Assembly: GCF_001949145.1 (NCBI RefSeq)
Contig: NW_019091358.1
Coordinates: 3,568,569 to 3,632,568, forward strand
DNA length: 64,000 bases
Reading direction: 5' to 3'
Origin: Acanthaster planci
Taxonomy: Eukaryota
The notes beneath the pieces are model-generated. The model did not search any database and was not told the DNA's origin. It worked only from the letters and a program-made list of their open reading frames with translations. Below, piece by piece: positions 62,301 through 64,000 of the stretch; position 1 is the first letter of the stretch, and each line of letters starts with the position of its first letter. The position numbers and the translations under genes are program-made.

Positions 62301-64000
62301 ATTTCATGAAGATGTCAAACGCTGATTTTTACAGAATGAGAAGTGTGGTTAATAAATTTTACACAAACGCTACAATTTTGTGCATACAAAGTGCCAATTT
62401 TGAGAAGTTGCTACGAACTGTAGTTTGCTAAACACAAACAAGATTTGACTTAGTGGACTCTGGCTGCAAACCCAAATAATGGGTGATCTTGTATTTTAAA
62501 ATTGACTGGTTCTCTTGCCACTTGCCGATGTAGATACGCGTACATATAAGAAAGTACCCTCATTTTTCATTGAAGTAGTCCGCAACCTTCATTCTTCATC
62601 AGGCTGCAACTGTTGTCTTGGTGGGTGTAGCAGCCAGAGCAAACACTAAACTATGCCTGTCTAAGCAATCATTCAGTTTAAAGAAGTTTGTCATCCATGA
62701 ACTCAGCGTTGTGTCGTGTCTCACTTGGAATTCTGAGGCACATACTGACCATGGAAGAGAGATTTCCTCTTTGAACACAGATCTTCTTGTAATTCCAGTT
62801 GCAATTGCTCAGTCGTGATAAATAAAACCTGGCCCCCATACTTGATTTGAAGTGTCATAAATCAGATAAGTTGCAAATGTAACCATTGTCAATGACTTAT
62901 GTTGGGATATGTCACTACGGCCTCAGGAAACCTTTCACTTCCAGATTTTCAACTATGCCATTGGTAGGATGGCATAATCACAGGGTCAACTTTATACTTC
63001 TGCTGCCCTCATTCCCTTCCCCTTTTTGACAGGGTTAATTTGAACTAACAGGTGGTGTTTCAGTTTAAATCTTGAAATAAATTATGACTTATTACTTTCA
63101 CATTGGGATCAATTGGGATTCATAAGTCTGGTGGAATTTTAGAGTAAGCCTAGATTTTTTTTTCCTAATCTCAGATTTATGGCATTCTTGGGGGTCAGGT
63201 TACTCTATCATAATTTTTCCCCTTCTCTGAGGGTTCTCCCCTGGGGGTCATATTATCGCACCTTGTGAGGGACAGCTACATCTGGATCCTAATTGGTCAG
63301 TTAACATCTGTCAGGTCCAACACATGGTCCTAATTGGCTGGCCAGGTAGAAGTCAGAGTCTCAGGGAAACAGGTGTTATGCGCGAGATTATTTTGAGAGA
63401 ATTTTGCTACAAACACAGATTTTTCCCCTGATCATACCACAACATGTCAGTCACCACTGCCTTTGCTAGGTAGGTTACCAGACTCTTTATGAGCACTGTG
63501 TGTAGCATATTGTGCATTTGGCATCAAACAGTGTATCTCATTTGAAGTGCAAGTGTTCGAACAAAATAATTGAACCCGGTTTAGTTTGAGACCAAAGAGC
63601 AACTCCAAGATGTTTTTATCCTAGAGAAGAACCTCACACATGTACTGGAATTTACATGGAGAGAGTTGTAATGGAGGCAGTTACAAAATGAAATTACAAG
63701 GAACAGGACATTTATATATCTTATTACATTTATTCTATAGACTAGATCTTCTAATGAATTAGTTACAACTTTGCAAGATGTAAATTTTCAATGAACGCAG
63801 TCACCCACTTAGATCTCACATGCATTTGTAATGTACAGCTTCCAAATACGCATTCATAAAAGTGAATTTGGCTCCAACTTTTGAAAAAAATCAATGTCTT
63901 CATCCATACTGGGCTATTTTGTGTGAGTTAATTTTGATCTGAGAAATGTTACATGATCAAGGATTTCCCTTGGGAGGTACACTATTGTGGAAATTTATTA

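Overview
Animal genomic DNA. The SINE and MITE content suggests an echinoderm, possibly a sea star (inference). The window has three parts. (1) 1-9.5 kb is a nest of decayed transposons, all on the minus strand. A RAG1/Transib-like DDE transposase pseudogene is split by an LTR-less internal Gypsy fragment. Directly upstream of it and co-oriented is a 234-codon decayed ORF with an N-terminal Tudor-knot/chromo-barrel-like domain. RTE-LINE and P-element fragments follow. (2) 9.5-20 kb holds a SINE, MITEs, a CpG-rich possibly bidirectional promoter (~18.5 kb) and the promoter of a Wnt gene. (3) The Wnt ligand gene is on the plus strand: signal-peptide exon 20776-20858, an 11 kb intron with a Kolobok-like MITE and a 2.5 kb modular foldback element, exon 2 at 31853-32118, then a CpG-depleted intron of more than 31 kb running off the window. 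The best novelty candidate is a two-gene DNA transposon pairing a RAG1/Transib-like transposase with a putative chromatin-reader gene. All family assignments come from motif recognition by eye; no searches were run.
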